32,000 nt of DNA, from positions 1,140,001-1,172,000 of the forward strand of contig NZ_CP011304.1 in NCBI RefSeq assembly GCF_000981785.2. The letters run 5' to 3'. The position numbers were made by a program, and so were the translations under genes. This stretch comes from Microcystis aeruginosa NIES-2549 (GTDB lineage: Bacteria > Cyanobacteriota > Cyanobacteriia > Cyanobacteriales > Microcystaceae). Positions 8,550 through 16,961 of this stretch are shown piece by piece. The notes below the pieces were generated by a model. The model made no database searches. It was not told where the DNA came from and saw only the letters and a list, made by a program, of their open reading frames with translations. Each line of letters starts with the position of its first letter. Position 1 is the stretch's first letter.

Positions 8550-9362
8550 ATGACTAGCGATCGCTCTTTAAAATTACTTATCAGTAACGATGACGGTATT
8601 TCCGCGCTAGGAGTCCGCACCCTTGCCAACACCCTCGCTGCCGCCGGTCATCAAGTCACCGTAGTTTGTCCCGACGGCGAGCGCTCTGCCACCGGTCATG
8701 GCTTAACCTTACACCATCCCATCCGGGCCGAACAGGTGGAAGGAATTTTTCATCCCGAGGTGATTGCCTGGTCCTGCTCGGGAACTCCCGCCGATTCGGT
8801 AAAATTTGCCCTTAGTGCCGTCCTCAAAGAGCGTCCCGATTTAGTTTTAGCCGGCATTAACCACGGGTCTAATCTCGGCACTGATATCCTCTATTCTGGC
8901 ACGGTTTCCGCGGCCATGGAGGGATTAATCGAAGGTATTCCCAGTATTGCTGTTAGTCTGGCCAGTTTTAAAGCTTGTGATTTCCAACCGGCTGCGGATT
9001 TTGCCCTCACGTTAGTCAGGAAAGTTACCCTTAACCCTTTTCCTGTTCCCACTTTACTCAATGTCAACGTCCCTCCGGTTAGTAGTGGCGAAATCAAGGG
9101 AGTGAAAATCACTAGGCAGGGATTGCGACGCTACGAGGAAACCTTCGAGAAAAGACTGGACCCCAGGGGTAAAAGTTATTACTGGTTAATTGGGGAAGTG
9201 GTGGAAGATATCGAACAACCGGACTACAGCCATTTACCCCCGGAAGTGCCTACGGATGTACGCGCTATTGGCGAGAATTTTATCACCATCACGCCCCTAC
9301 AATACAATTTAACTGATGTACAGGGTTTTCAACATTTGCACCGGAATTCTTGGCTTGATTGA
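8550..9362 (+). CDS. surE: 5'/3'-nucleotidase SurE
   Basis: Canonical SurE N-terminus [14 protein letters not shown], plus [24 protein letters not shown]. The start is placed at ATG 8550 because the track's GTG 8466 start would overlap the tRNA-Arg gene. Confidence 0.9.
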   Translation: MTSDRSLKLLISNDDGISALGVRTLANTLAAAGHQVTVVCPDGERSATGHGLTLHHPIRAEQVEGIFHPEVIAWSCSGTPADSVKFALSAVLKERPDLVLAGINHGSNLGTDILYSGTVSAAMEGLIEGIPSIAVSLASFKACDFQPAADFALTLVRKVTLNPFPVPTLLNVNVPPVSSGEIKGVKITRQGLRRYEETFEKRLDPRGKSYYWLIGEVVEDIEQPDYSHLPPEVPTDVRAIGENFITITPLQYNLTDVQGFQHLHRNSWLD

Positions 9363-9409
9363 GGAGCATCTCATGATATTCTGATTCAATCATTAGCGTT
9401 TGAGAGCCT

Positions 9410-9991
9410 ATGTCCCCTCAATTTAATTTTCAAGAAAACGAACTCGAAGAAGCGGATGTCATAACCCTCTGGGATGAGCAAGGTCGATCACTAGACTGTT
9501 ATATTGAGAATGCCTATGAAACCGATGACCTTACCTATATGCTTCTTGTCCCCGTGGATACCCCGGTGATGATTCTAGCTTGGGACGAGGAATCGGAGGA
9601 AGAAGAATCTGATGCCTTCTTAATCGAAGATAGCGAGGAAATCGAGCGGGTTTTTGCCGATGCTAAGGCAGTTTTAGCAGAATTAGACCTATTGCTCAAA
9701 CCCACTGCTCACACTTTAACCGTTAGTGGTGAATTGCCTCCCCTGGAAGAAGATAATGTTCTCAGTTTAGAAATCGATAGCGATGCTCCTTCCTCGTCAT
9801 CAGAGCCGGAAGAATTGCAATTTCTCGCCAGTTTCTTTTCCGAAGACCAAAAATACTCGATTTACAGTCCCCTTGCTCCTTTGTTATTCTTAGCTGTCGG
9901 TGATGCGGAAGGGAAGGTTGAATTAGTTTCCCCCGATGATGACGGTATGGGACCAATTCTAGAGGAACTTTTGTTTGATGAACTCGATTAA
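9410..9991 (+). CDS. Acidic conserved cyanobacterial protein (DUF1292/DUF3727-like)
   Basis: ATG at 9410. The 193-aa product is very acidic. The N-terminal pattern ITLWDEQGRSLDCYIE...YMLLVPVDTPVMILAW resembles DUF1292-type domains. The family assignment is from memory and not verified. Confidence 0.55.
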   Translation: MSPQFNFQENELEEADVITLWDEQGRSLDCYIENAYETDDLTYMLLVPVDTPVMILAWDEESEEEESDAFLIEDSEEIERVFADAKAVLAELDLLLKPTAHTLTVSGELPPLEEDNVLSLEIDSDAPSSSSEPEELQFLASFFSEDQKYSIYSPLAPLLFLAVGDAEGKVELVSPDDDGMGPILEELLFDELD

Positions 9992-10111
9992 TTACTTGAT
10001 TTTACCAAATCCGCCGGGCAAAATTATTGATAAATCTAGTCACAGTATATCTTTCGGGATTTCATCATCATTGCGATTAACACGGATTTGGTATTCTTTC
10101 TTTAAATTACG

Positions 10112-10214
10112 GCGTTTATCATAAAGATGAAGTATAACCTAACTTGGTATTAACGACCGGCTCCTGTCTCCCGAAAATAAAAACCTTATACCTCACTATT
10201 AAGATAAATGCTAT
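10112..10214. repeat. Roughly 100-bp dispersed (MITE-like) element, copy A
   Basis: It shares the conserved ends CATAAAGATGAAGTATAACCTAA-TTGGTAT and ATTAAGATAAATGCTAT with 19672-19769. There is an internal imperfect stem GAAGTATAA/TTATACCTC. It ends 24 nt before the stop of the minus-strand permease gene. Confidence 0.75.
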
Positions 10215-10237
10215 CTCACCACAACTAGGGGAGAGCT

Positions 10238-11068
10238 TTAAAGATTAGCTATTTTTCTGGTGATAGTGAGGATGAAAGGTTTCCAAGCAAGACTGATTAA
10301 ATAACCCAATCCTGCCACTAAAATAATTGTCGCCCCCGAGGTGAGATTTAAACTATAGGATAACCATAAACCAACCAAAGTAAAGACAATTCCTAAGATA
10401 ATCGCTAGGAGCATCATTGCCTTCATATTTTTAACAAATTGTCCACTGATAGCCGCAGGAATAGTTAACAAAGCAATTACCATAATTAATCCCACCACCT
10501 GCATTACTGCCACAATAGTTAAAGCGGTTATTCCCATTAAACCTAAATAAATTATCTCCACGGGAATATTACGAATAATCGCAAAAGTTTCATCAAAAGA
10601 TATGGCTAACAACTCCTTATAAAAGATACTAACTAAGGTTATAATTAATATATCTATGCCCGCCATTATCCATAAATCATCCCTCGGTACAGTTAAAATA
10701 CTACCAAAAAGATAACTCATTAAATCAGCTTTATACCCGGGGGTTAAATCAATAAAAATTACCCCAATCGCCATACCAATCGCCCACATCACCCCGATTA
10801 AAGTATCGGCTCTCTCGCGGATGCGACGCTGTAAAAACCCCATGCCTAAAGCCGAAAAAAAGGTAAAAAATATCGCCCCCACCAGAGGATTAATACCAAA
10901 AAAATAACCGATTCCTATCCCTCCATAGGCAGCATGAGCGATTCCCCCACTGATAAAAACCACGCGATTAACTACTACCAAAGTACCCACAATCCCACAG
11001 GCAATACTAACTAATATTCCTGCGGCAATCGCATGGCGCATAAAATCAAATTGTAAAGCCTCTAGCAT
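10238..11068 (-). CDS. ABC-3 family metal (Zn/Mn-type) ABC transporter permease
   Basis: ATG at 11066-11068. The 276-aa polytopic membrane protein has an N-terminus FMRHAIAAGILVSIACGIVGTLVVVNR...GGIAHAAYGG, typical of ZnuB/MntB-type permeases. No cognate ATPase or binding-protein gene is adjacent. Confidence 0.8.
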   Translation of the reverse strand: MLEALQFDFMRHAIAAGILVSIACGIVGTLVVVNRVVFISGGIAHAAYGGIGIGYFFGINPLVGAIFFTFFSALGMGFLQRRIRERADTLIGVMWAIGMAIGVIFIDLTPGYKADLMSYLFGSILTVPRDDLWIMAGIDILIITLVSIFYKELLAISFDETFAIIRNIPVEIIYLGLMGITALTIVAVMQVVGLIMVIALLTIPAAISGQFVKNMKAMMLLAIILGIVFTLVGLWLSYSLNLTSGATIILVAGLGYLISLAWKPFILTITRKIANL

Positions 11069-11069
11069 A

Positions 11070-11093
11070 GGGTGTGGGGTGTGGGGTGTGGGG
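11070..11093. repeat. (GGGGTGT)n heptanucleotide array, about 3.4 copies
   Basis: GGGTGTGGGGTGTGGGGTGTGGGG directly abuts the permease start codon (11066-11068). The same heptamer array occurs at 18341-18385. Confidence 0.9.
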
Positions 11094-11129
11094 AGCTTTT
11101 TCAGTAAACAGTAAACTCAAAACTCACAT

Positions 11130-11157
11130 CTGATAACTGATAACTGATAACTGATTA
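11130..11157. repeat. (CTGATAA)n heptanucleotide array, 4 copies with the last degenerate
   Basis: CTGATAACTGATAACTGATAACTGATTA. The last unit contains the NTRC stop codon (TTA on the plus strand at 11155-11157). It is the reverse complement of the array at 12561-12593. Confidence 0.9.
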
Positions 11158-12513
11158 TTGATAACTTTCAATTACTTGACGAAAATCGCTTTTTTGTTTG
11201 ACTCCGCGCATTTCCTTGACTAATTCCCGGTCCTTAAAGAATTGTACCGTGGGAGTTCCAGTTACTTGACCCATTTTGGCAATTTCTGGGTCAGCTTCGA
11301 TGTCAATTTCCACAAAATAAATTTTGCCATCGTACTCATCGACCACTTTATCTAAAATCGGTTTCAGGGTTTTACAGGGGCCACAGGTGGGAGAAACATA
11401 TTTTACCATTAACAAGCGATCGCCGTCGTGGAATAATTTCCGCAAAGCATAACCCCCAACGTGACGGGTTTTGTGAATATCAAAAGTTTCCTCCGTATCG
11501 GCCGGGGTTTCGCTAACGGTTTTCGTCTCGTAATGTTCAGAAGTGGCTGATTGACGGTATTCTTGGATTAAATTATGCTCCGATAACCATCTTTCTGCCA
11601 ATAACGCCGCCATACACCCCGTACCTGCGGCAGTGATGGCCTGACGGTATTCGTGGTCCTGCACATCTCCGGCGGCAAAAACCCCCTCGACGCTGGTAGC
11701 AACAGTCCCCGGTTTGACTTTCACATAACCCACCTCGTCTAATTCTAGTTGTCCTTGGAATAGGGAAGTATTGGGAGTGTGACCGATGGCATAAAATAAC
11801 CCTCTAACGGCTAATTCGCTGATTTCTCCCGTTTGCGAGTTTTTAATGCGTAGTCCTGCCATTTTACTGCCTGTACCGAATACATCCAGTGCTTGGGTGT
11901 GAAAATGAACAGTAACTTTCGGATTATTTAACACCCGGTCCTGCATTGCTTTCGAGGCACGCATCGCTTCCCCGCGAATTAATAAATGGACGTGAGAGCC
12001 GTATTTAGTTAAATATACGGCTTCTTCGGCTGCGGAGTCACCGCCACCAATGACGGCCAGGTTTTCCTCTCTAAATATCGGTGTAGCACCGTCACAGATA
12101 GCACAAGCGGAAATGCCGTTACTCCAGAATTGGGCCTCGCTGGGTAATCCTAAGCGTTTGGCAGTGGCTCCTGTGGCGATAATAATACTATTGGCCTTAA
12201 CTTCCCGGTCCGTGGAACGAATGGTAAAAGGACGCTGACTTAAATCCACCGAGATAACATCTTCGGTATAGCATTGGGTCCCCCATCTTTCGGCCTGTTC
12301 CTTCATTCTTTCCATTAGCTTCGGACCGGTGATTCCTTCGGGAAAACCGGGGAAATTTTCTACTTCTGTGGTGGTCATCAATTGTCCCCCCGGAATGCCT
12401 CCCGCTTGGAAACCCTCGAACATCAAGGGTTTTAAGTTCGCACGCGCCGCATAAATCGCCGCCGTATATCCCGCCGGTCCCGAACCAATAATGACTAAAT
12501 TCTCGACAGTCAT
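11155..12513 (-). CDS. ntrc: NADPH-dependent thioredoxin reductase C (TrxB-type flavoprotein fused to a C-terminal thioredoxin domain)
   Basis: N-terminal FAD motif [12 protein letters not shown], redox-active CAICDG, NADPH motif [10 protein letters not shown], and a C-terminal thioredoxin module with [11 protein letters not shown] at 12511-12513. Confidence 0.9.
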   Translation of the reverse strand: MTVENLVIIGSGPAGYTAAIYAARANLKPLMFEGFQAGGIPGGQLMTTTEVENFPGFPEGITGPKLMERMKEQAERWGTQCYTEDVISVDLSQRPFTIRSTDREVKANSIIIATGATAKRLGLPSEAQFWSNGISACAICDGATPIFREENLAVIGGGDSAAEEAVYLTKYGSHVHLLIRGEAMRASKAMQDRVLNNPKVTVHFHTQALDVFGTGSKMAGLRIKNSQTGEISELAVRGLFYAIGHTPNTSLFQGQLELDEVGYVKVKPGTVATSVEGVFAAGDVQDHEYRQAITAAGTGCMAALLAERWLSEHNLIQEYRQSATSEHYETKTVSETPADTEETFDIHKTRHVGGYALRKLFHDGDRLLMVKYVSPTCGPCKTLKPILDKVVDEYDGKIYFVEIDIEADPEIAKMGQVTGTPTVQFFKDRELVKEMRGVKQKSDFRQVIESYQ

Positions 12514-12560
12514 AACCGTAAATGCAACTCATAACGACTACGCTTTTTAGTATAGCAGCA

Positions 12561-12593
12561 TCAGTTATCAGTTATCAGTTATCAGTTATCAGT
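12561..12593. repeat. (TCAGTTA)n heptanucleotide array, about 4.7 copies
   Basis: A perfect tandem array in the NTRC 5' leader, beginning 48 nt upstream of the NTRC ATG. It is inverted relative to 11130-11157. Confidence 0.9.
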
Positions 12594-12615
12594 GTCATAT
12601 TCCTCGTCACCGACT

Positions 12616-13386
12616 TTACCAGTGGGTGAAGTCTGCCGCAAATTGAGATAGGGATAACAGTTTAATACGGGTATCTTGAGCGACTTTTTGGCGCATTTGG
12701 GCGGTATTATAGCCCCAATCGGCTAAATATAAGCCCACGTCGTTTAAATCTGCTTGTTGCTGCACTAATTCCAAAGCATCGAGACGATCCTCGACAAACC
12801 ACAAATTAGCGGGAGATTCTGGTAAATCAGCCAGTATTTGCTGAATAGTCAGGTATTTCGGCTGTTTAATTTCCTTGCCAATTAATCTCGCTGCCGGAAA
12901 ATTAATTGCTACTTTTTGTAACAATTGCTTGACAAAACGACTTTCTTTTGTAGTGATGATATAAACCAAAAAATCCGAGTCTAAAAGAGAGGCCAGGCGA
13001 TCAATCGCGGGTTGATAAAATTGATGTAAGGCTAACCAAGACTCTAGATCCGACTCAATCCATTGATCCCTAAGACCATCGAGAGCATTTGAGAGAACTT
13101 TTTTCGCTATTTTATCCCTTTCTAGCAGATTTTGAGCAATTGACGGCCAATTATTTAAAGCTTCCTCGTCAGGAATACCGAGAACGAGCGATCGCAACAG
13201 TAAAGGCATTTCCCAACCGGTTTCGATAACGGGACGAAGTTGCGAAAACCTCGGGAAAAAATCCTCGGGAATTATTTCCGGCCAAAGGGTTTCATAGGTG
13301 CGTTTGCTAATCTGAAAATACTCGATCATGCCATCACAAAGAACACCATCAAAATCCAGTGCTAGAATACGGGGGGATTGACTCAT
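12616..13386 (-). CDS. HAD-superfamily hydrolase
   Basis: ATG at 13384-13386. HAD motif I LALDFDGVLCDG at the N-terminus, with later ITTKES and FVEDR motifs consistent with HAD motifs II-IV. Confidence 0.75.
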   Translation of the reverse strand: MSQSPRILALDFDGVLCDGMIEYFQISKRTYETLWPEIIPEDFFPRFSQLRPVIETGWEMPLLLRSLVLGIPDEEALNNWPSIAQNLLERDKIAKKVLSNALDGLRDQWIESDLESWLALHQFYQPAIDRLASLLDSDFLVYIITTKESRFVKQLLQKVAINFPAARLIGKEIKQPKYLTIQQILADLPESPANLWFVEDRLDALELVQQQADLNDVGLYLADWGYNTAQMRQKVAQDTRIKLLSLSQFAADFTHW

Positions 13387-13428
13387 AAATGCTGGTTTAA
13401 TCTCAATAATGGCAGTATAGCGCAGCTA

Positions 13429-14622
13429 TTAGCTATTCTTTGCTTCATCGTTGACATAACATAGCTGTCTGATGATTTCGGTGACAGAATTTTTCAGTCC
13501 CTCTACATGAATCCAGCCCACATATACAGCATATACAATATTTTGATGATTGTCCTGTATATAAACATGATGGACACGATATAAATCTGAGCTTAAATAA
13601 ATATAACCACTGGCATCTTTAAATTTACCTTCTAGTAATATTTTTTCTTTTAAAGGTTTCATTTTTGCCAGATCTTTAGTCACTCCAGATATTTTAGCTA
13701 TTCTTTCTATGGCAAGCTCAACACAGGTGTTATCACTGTAACTATTGCCATGATTATAATCGTGCTGATCAAAATAAATTGTCTCTACGATATTTTTGGC
13801 CACTTTATCTGATGTTAGGTAATAGGTATGAGCATTAAGGGAATTCAATACTACGGCAGCAATTTCTACAGAATCAAAAATATTGCCAGTCGCTTCTAGA
13901 TAATAATCGCTCATTAAAATCTTGGATACATCGGTTATAGAATCAAAAAGAGGACGAATTGGATAAGCGATAATATCGGAGGAATTGATCAGATTATTCC
14001 AGAGCAAACGCTGGCCTTGATGCTGGGTAATAAATTTTTCAATTTGATTAGCATCAATGCCTAGAGTTAGATTTAAAAATGGGATCGGTGAACCCATTGT
14101 TGTTACACTAGATAGGGAAAGTTTGCCCCGCTCTTTACCGATAAGATCACGAATTTCATAAGCGGGATCCTTCGGGTCAAAACGCTCAGAAAATAACAGA
14201 TCCCAAAGGATTACAGTACCCAAAGAATGGGCAACTATATGTAATTCGGTTTCCCGGGGATAAGCTTGAATAAGATCGATTAATTGATCGGCAATAATGC
14301 GGCGAATTTGTTTTCCTCGATCGCTGCCTAAATAGGTAAATGCGTCACCGATAAAATAAGATAAATACTCTTTTCTAAAATTTTGATAGCGAAAGGATTG
14401 CTCGGGGTTAAAATTACTATTTTTCTGTTTTTGTGTCTGTAATTCTTGGTCTATATCTCGCCATAATTTTTCGGTTCCTTTGAGAACATTTCCCCAAAAT
14501 CCTGCATAACAGTAGGGAATAATCTGATTTTTGCGTTTACATTCTTCTTCAATTAGTTTAATTAATTTATTGGCATAACTAGCGTCTCTTGTGGCCACTC
14601 CATGAATAAAGTAAATCAGCAT
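13429..14622 (-). CDS. Lipase/esterase-like alpha/beta hydrolase with an uncharacterised C-terminal domain of about 100 aa
   Basis: ATG at 14620-14622. N-terminal YFIHGV and the nucleophile elbow VAHSLGT (GxSxG-like). Candidate triad partners are SSDIIAYP and NAHTYY. The gene is AT-rich: two hand-counted 60-nt windows gave 24/60 and 18/60 G+C. Confidence 0.6.
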   Translation of the reverse strand: MLIYFIHGVATRDASYANKLIKLIEEECKRKNQIIPYCYAGFWGNVLKGTEKLWRDIDQELQTQKQKNSNFNPEQSFRYQNFRKEYLSYFIGDAFTYLGSDRGKQIRRIIADQLIDLIQAYPRETELHIVAHSLGTVILWDLLFSERFDPKDPAYEIRDLIGKERGKLSLSSVTTMGSPIPFLNLTLGIDANQIEKFITQHQGQRLLWNNLINSSDIIAYPIRPLFDSITDVSKILMSDYYLEATGNIFDSVEIAAVVLNSLNAHTYYLTSDKVAKNIVETIYFDQHDYNHGNSYSDNTCVELAIERIAKISGVTKDLAKMKPLKEKILLEGKFKDASGYIYLSSDLYRVHHVYIQDNHQNIVYAVYVGWIHVEGLKNSVTEIIRQLCYVNDEAKNS

Positions 14623-14656
14623 AATAGATTTATCTCAATAACCGTTGATCAGAATC

Positions 14657-14696
14657 GGCTCTCTTGGATTTGGTAGGTAAAATGTATTCTAAGATA
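14657..14696 (+). repeat. 40-nt conserved element GGCTCTCTTGGATTTGGTAGGTAAAATGTATTCTAAGATA
   Basis: It matches the reverse complement of 31593-31632 at 36 of 40 positions. It is followed by a short tandem repeat (CACAAAG-type, 14726-14750) and is co-oriented with the Uma2 gene about 300 nt downstream. Confidence 0.8.
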
Positions 14697-14998
14697 CATT
14701 CCTCCTAGCGAGGGGATGGAACGAACCACAAAGACACAAAGGACACAAAGATTGATCGATCATATAGTAAGTTAAACTTATCACACACAACCTAGAAGAG
14801 CCTCGGAATCTCTTCCCTTCTTACTATACCCTTCTAGCTTCAGAAAAATATCAGGATGGAGCGAGATATAGTAATATATAATTAATCCGATTTGTGAAGA
14901 GATGGTGGCTTAAGCCTTGCTAACCCAGCCGACGAATTGCCATATAATACAAATGCCCGCTATTATAGAATTATATTTTTCCCTTTTAACTTAGTCCT

Positions 14999-15652
14999 AT
15001 GGTTTCACAACTAGATAAAACTAACGTTACTGAAATTATCTACCCCGATAGCGATAGTCAACCCATGGCCGATAATACCTTGCAATTTCGTTGGATCACA
15101 ACAATTAAAACTAATTTAGACTGGCTATTTCGCGAGCAGTCTGATGTCTTTGTTGCGGGGGATTTACTTTGGTATCCCGTGGAAAATGATAATAAACTGC
15201 GTCAAGCGCCAGATATCATGGTGGTTTTTGGGAGACCAAAAGGGGAAAGAGGTTCCTATCGACAATGGCTAGAAAATAACATTAGTCCCCAGGTGGTTTT
15301 TGAAATCCTCTCTCCGGGTAACACCCTCACGGAAATGGCCAAAAAACAGCTATTTTATGACCGTTATGGGGTCGAGGAGTATTATCTTTATGATCCCCAT
15401 AAAAACGATGCCAGTGGTTGGATAAGAGGCGAAAATCAGCTAGAAATTCTGGAAACTCTCGATAATTGGGTTAGTCCCCGTTTAGGTATTCGTTTTCAGT
15501 TGGGGGAACCAGAAATGTTGCTTTTTTATCCCGATGGACAAGCTTTCACCAGCTATAACGAGGAAAAACAACGAGCAGAGGCTGAAAAACAACGAGCGGA
15601 AAGATTAGCCAAGAAACTGCGGGAATTGGGCATTAATCCTGACCAAATCTGA
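14999..15652 (+). CDS. Uma2-family (DUF820) putative endonuclease
   Basis: ATG at 14999. Typical Uma2 N-terminus YPDSDSQPMADNTLQ, PD-(D/E)xK-like core ...PDIMVVFG...VVFEILSPGN, and a charged C-terminal tail EKQRAEAEKQRAERLAKKLRELGINP. This family is abundant in cyanobacteria. Confidence 0.8.
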   Translation: MVSQLDKTNVTEIIYPDSDSQPMADNTLQFRWITTIKTNLDWLFREQSDVFVAGDLLWYPVENDNKLRQAPDIMVVFGRPKGERGSYRQWLENNISPQVVFEILSPGNTLTEMAKKQLFYDRYGVEEYYLYDPHKNDASGWIRGENQLEILETLDNWVSPRLGIRFQLGEPEMLLFYPDGQAFTSYNEEKQRAEAEKQRAERLAKKLRELGINPDQI

Positions 15653-15700
15653 GAGAATGTTTCTGGGCTACTATTAAAAACGGATTTGCTCTGGGAGTGC

Positions 15701-16681
15701 CTATTGACTAGAGGTAATACCGCGCTGACGTAATTGGTCGATAAAAAATTCTTCCAGGGAAGCACGAGCTAAATTAAGACTAATCAAGCGAGCATCCATA
15801 CTAGACAGGGCAGCCAGAAAAGCATCGGGTTCTCCCTGTAATTGTCCGTGCCAACAATTATCGCGCCAATGCAAACCGAGGAGCCATTGCTGTAGTTGCT
15901 CCTCCCTACCACCTTGAACAATCACCTGATAGACATCAGCACGACCGAGAATTTGGTCGAGGGAACCGACACAGAGTAATTCTCCCCGGGCCAACAGAGC
16001 AATGCGATCGCAAATTTGTTCCACATCGGAGAGAATATGAGAGTTAAAAAAGATAGTTTTCCCCCGTTGTTTGAGAGATTGAATAATTTCTCGCACCTGA
16101 TAGCGACCGATAGGGTCTAGTCCCGACATCGGTTCATCGAGAAAGACTAATTCTGGATCATTGATTAATGCTTGAGCTATACCGATCCGTTGCATCATCC
16201 CCTTAGAATATTGACGCAATTGTTTTTTCTGGGCAGTTTTGCGGTCTAATCCCACTAAATCCAATAATTCAGGAATGCGTTTTTTCTGCACAGAAGAGGG
16301 AATCTTAAAAATGCCGCCGATTAATTGTAGGAATTCCCAGCCGGTGAGATAGTCGTAGTAGTAGGCATTTTCGGGAAGATAGCCGATGCGTTGCCTGACC
16401 GAGCGATCGCCAATTGGCTGACCGAGAATCAAGGCCCGTCCGGAAGTGGGTCGGACAATCCCCAAAAGGGTTTTTAAGAGCGTGGTTTTGCCTGCACCGT
16501 TCGGGCCTAATAATCCAAAGGTTTCCCCCTCATGGACAATTAAAGTACAGTTTTTCAAGGATTCGATTTTTTTATTTAACCAGAATCCCGTCCGATAAGT
16601 TTTTTGTAAGTTTAACGCCTCTAGCACAGTTTGACGGCTGGTATTCGTCATTGTTTTGGAGTCATCTGAGACAGAATACAT
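15701..16681 (-). CDS. ABC transporter ATP-binding protein (single NBD with a C-terminal extension)
   Basis: Walker A GPNGAGKTT, signature YSKGMMQRIGIA, Walker B LVFLDEP, H-loop NSHIL. The track start at 16789 is TTG with an implausible N-terminus. ATG codons at 16679-16681 and 16649-16651 are more likely starts. Confidence 0.8.
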   Translation of the reverse strand: MYSVSDDSKTMTNTSRQTVLEALNLQKTYRTGFWLNKKIESLKNCTLIVHEGETFGLLGPNGAGKTTLLKTLLGIVRPTSGRALILGQPIGDRSVRQRIGYLPENAYYYDYLTGWEFLQLIGGIFKIPSSVQKKRIPELLDLVGLDRKTAQKKQLRQYSKGMMQRIGIAQALINDPELVFLDEPMSGLDPIGRYQVREIIQSLKQRGKTIFFNSHILSDVEQICDRIALLARGELLCVGSLDQILGRADVYQVIVQGGREEQLQQWLLGLHWRDNCWHGQLQGEPDAFLAALSSMDARLISLNLARASLEEFFIDQLRQRGITSSQ

Positions 16682-16890
16682 GGGTTTTACATCCCTTTTC
16701 CTAGACTTTGCTTCTATTATCCCCAAATTGTCATCAGCAATGTCAACAGTATCAAAATAGCACGATTTTGGAACCCAGAAAAATTCCAAACGGTCTTGAG
16801 AAGGGGTATCAGTGCAGTTCCGGGCTATGACAAGCTTTCTTCTCTGGCATTGGTGTGAATTAGCCGCTAAAATCTGTTAGACAGGTAACT

Positions 16891-16918
16891 TTGACACTTG
16901 AGCGGCAACTGGTACAAT
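16891..16918 (+). promoter_or_regulatory. Sigma70-type promoter candidate for the PBP4-like gene
   Basis: TTGACA (16891-16896), a 16-nt spacer, then TACAAT (16913-16918), located 44 nt upstream of ATG 16962. Confidence 0.4.
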
Positions 16919-16961
16919 AGGGCGAACACTCACGGAAACCAGACTCTTACACAAACACAGC

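Noticed and set aside
10238-11068. The metal ABC permease and the two ABC ATPases (15701-16681 and 23257-24882) as parts of one dispersed transporter system.
   Set aside because: The ATPases belong to different subfamilies: one is an ABC-2/CcmA-like single NBD and the other an Opp/Dpp-type double NBD. Neither is the ZnuC/MntA type expected for an ABC-3 permease, and scattered ABC components are common in cyanobacteria.
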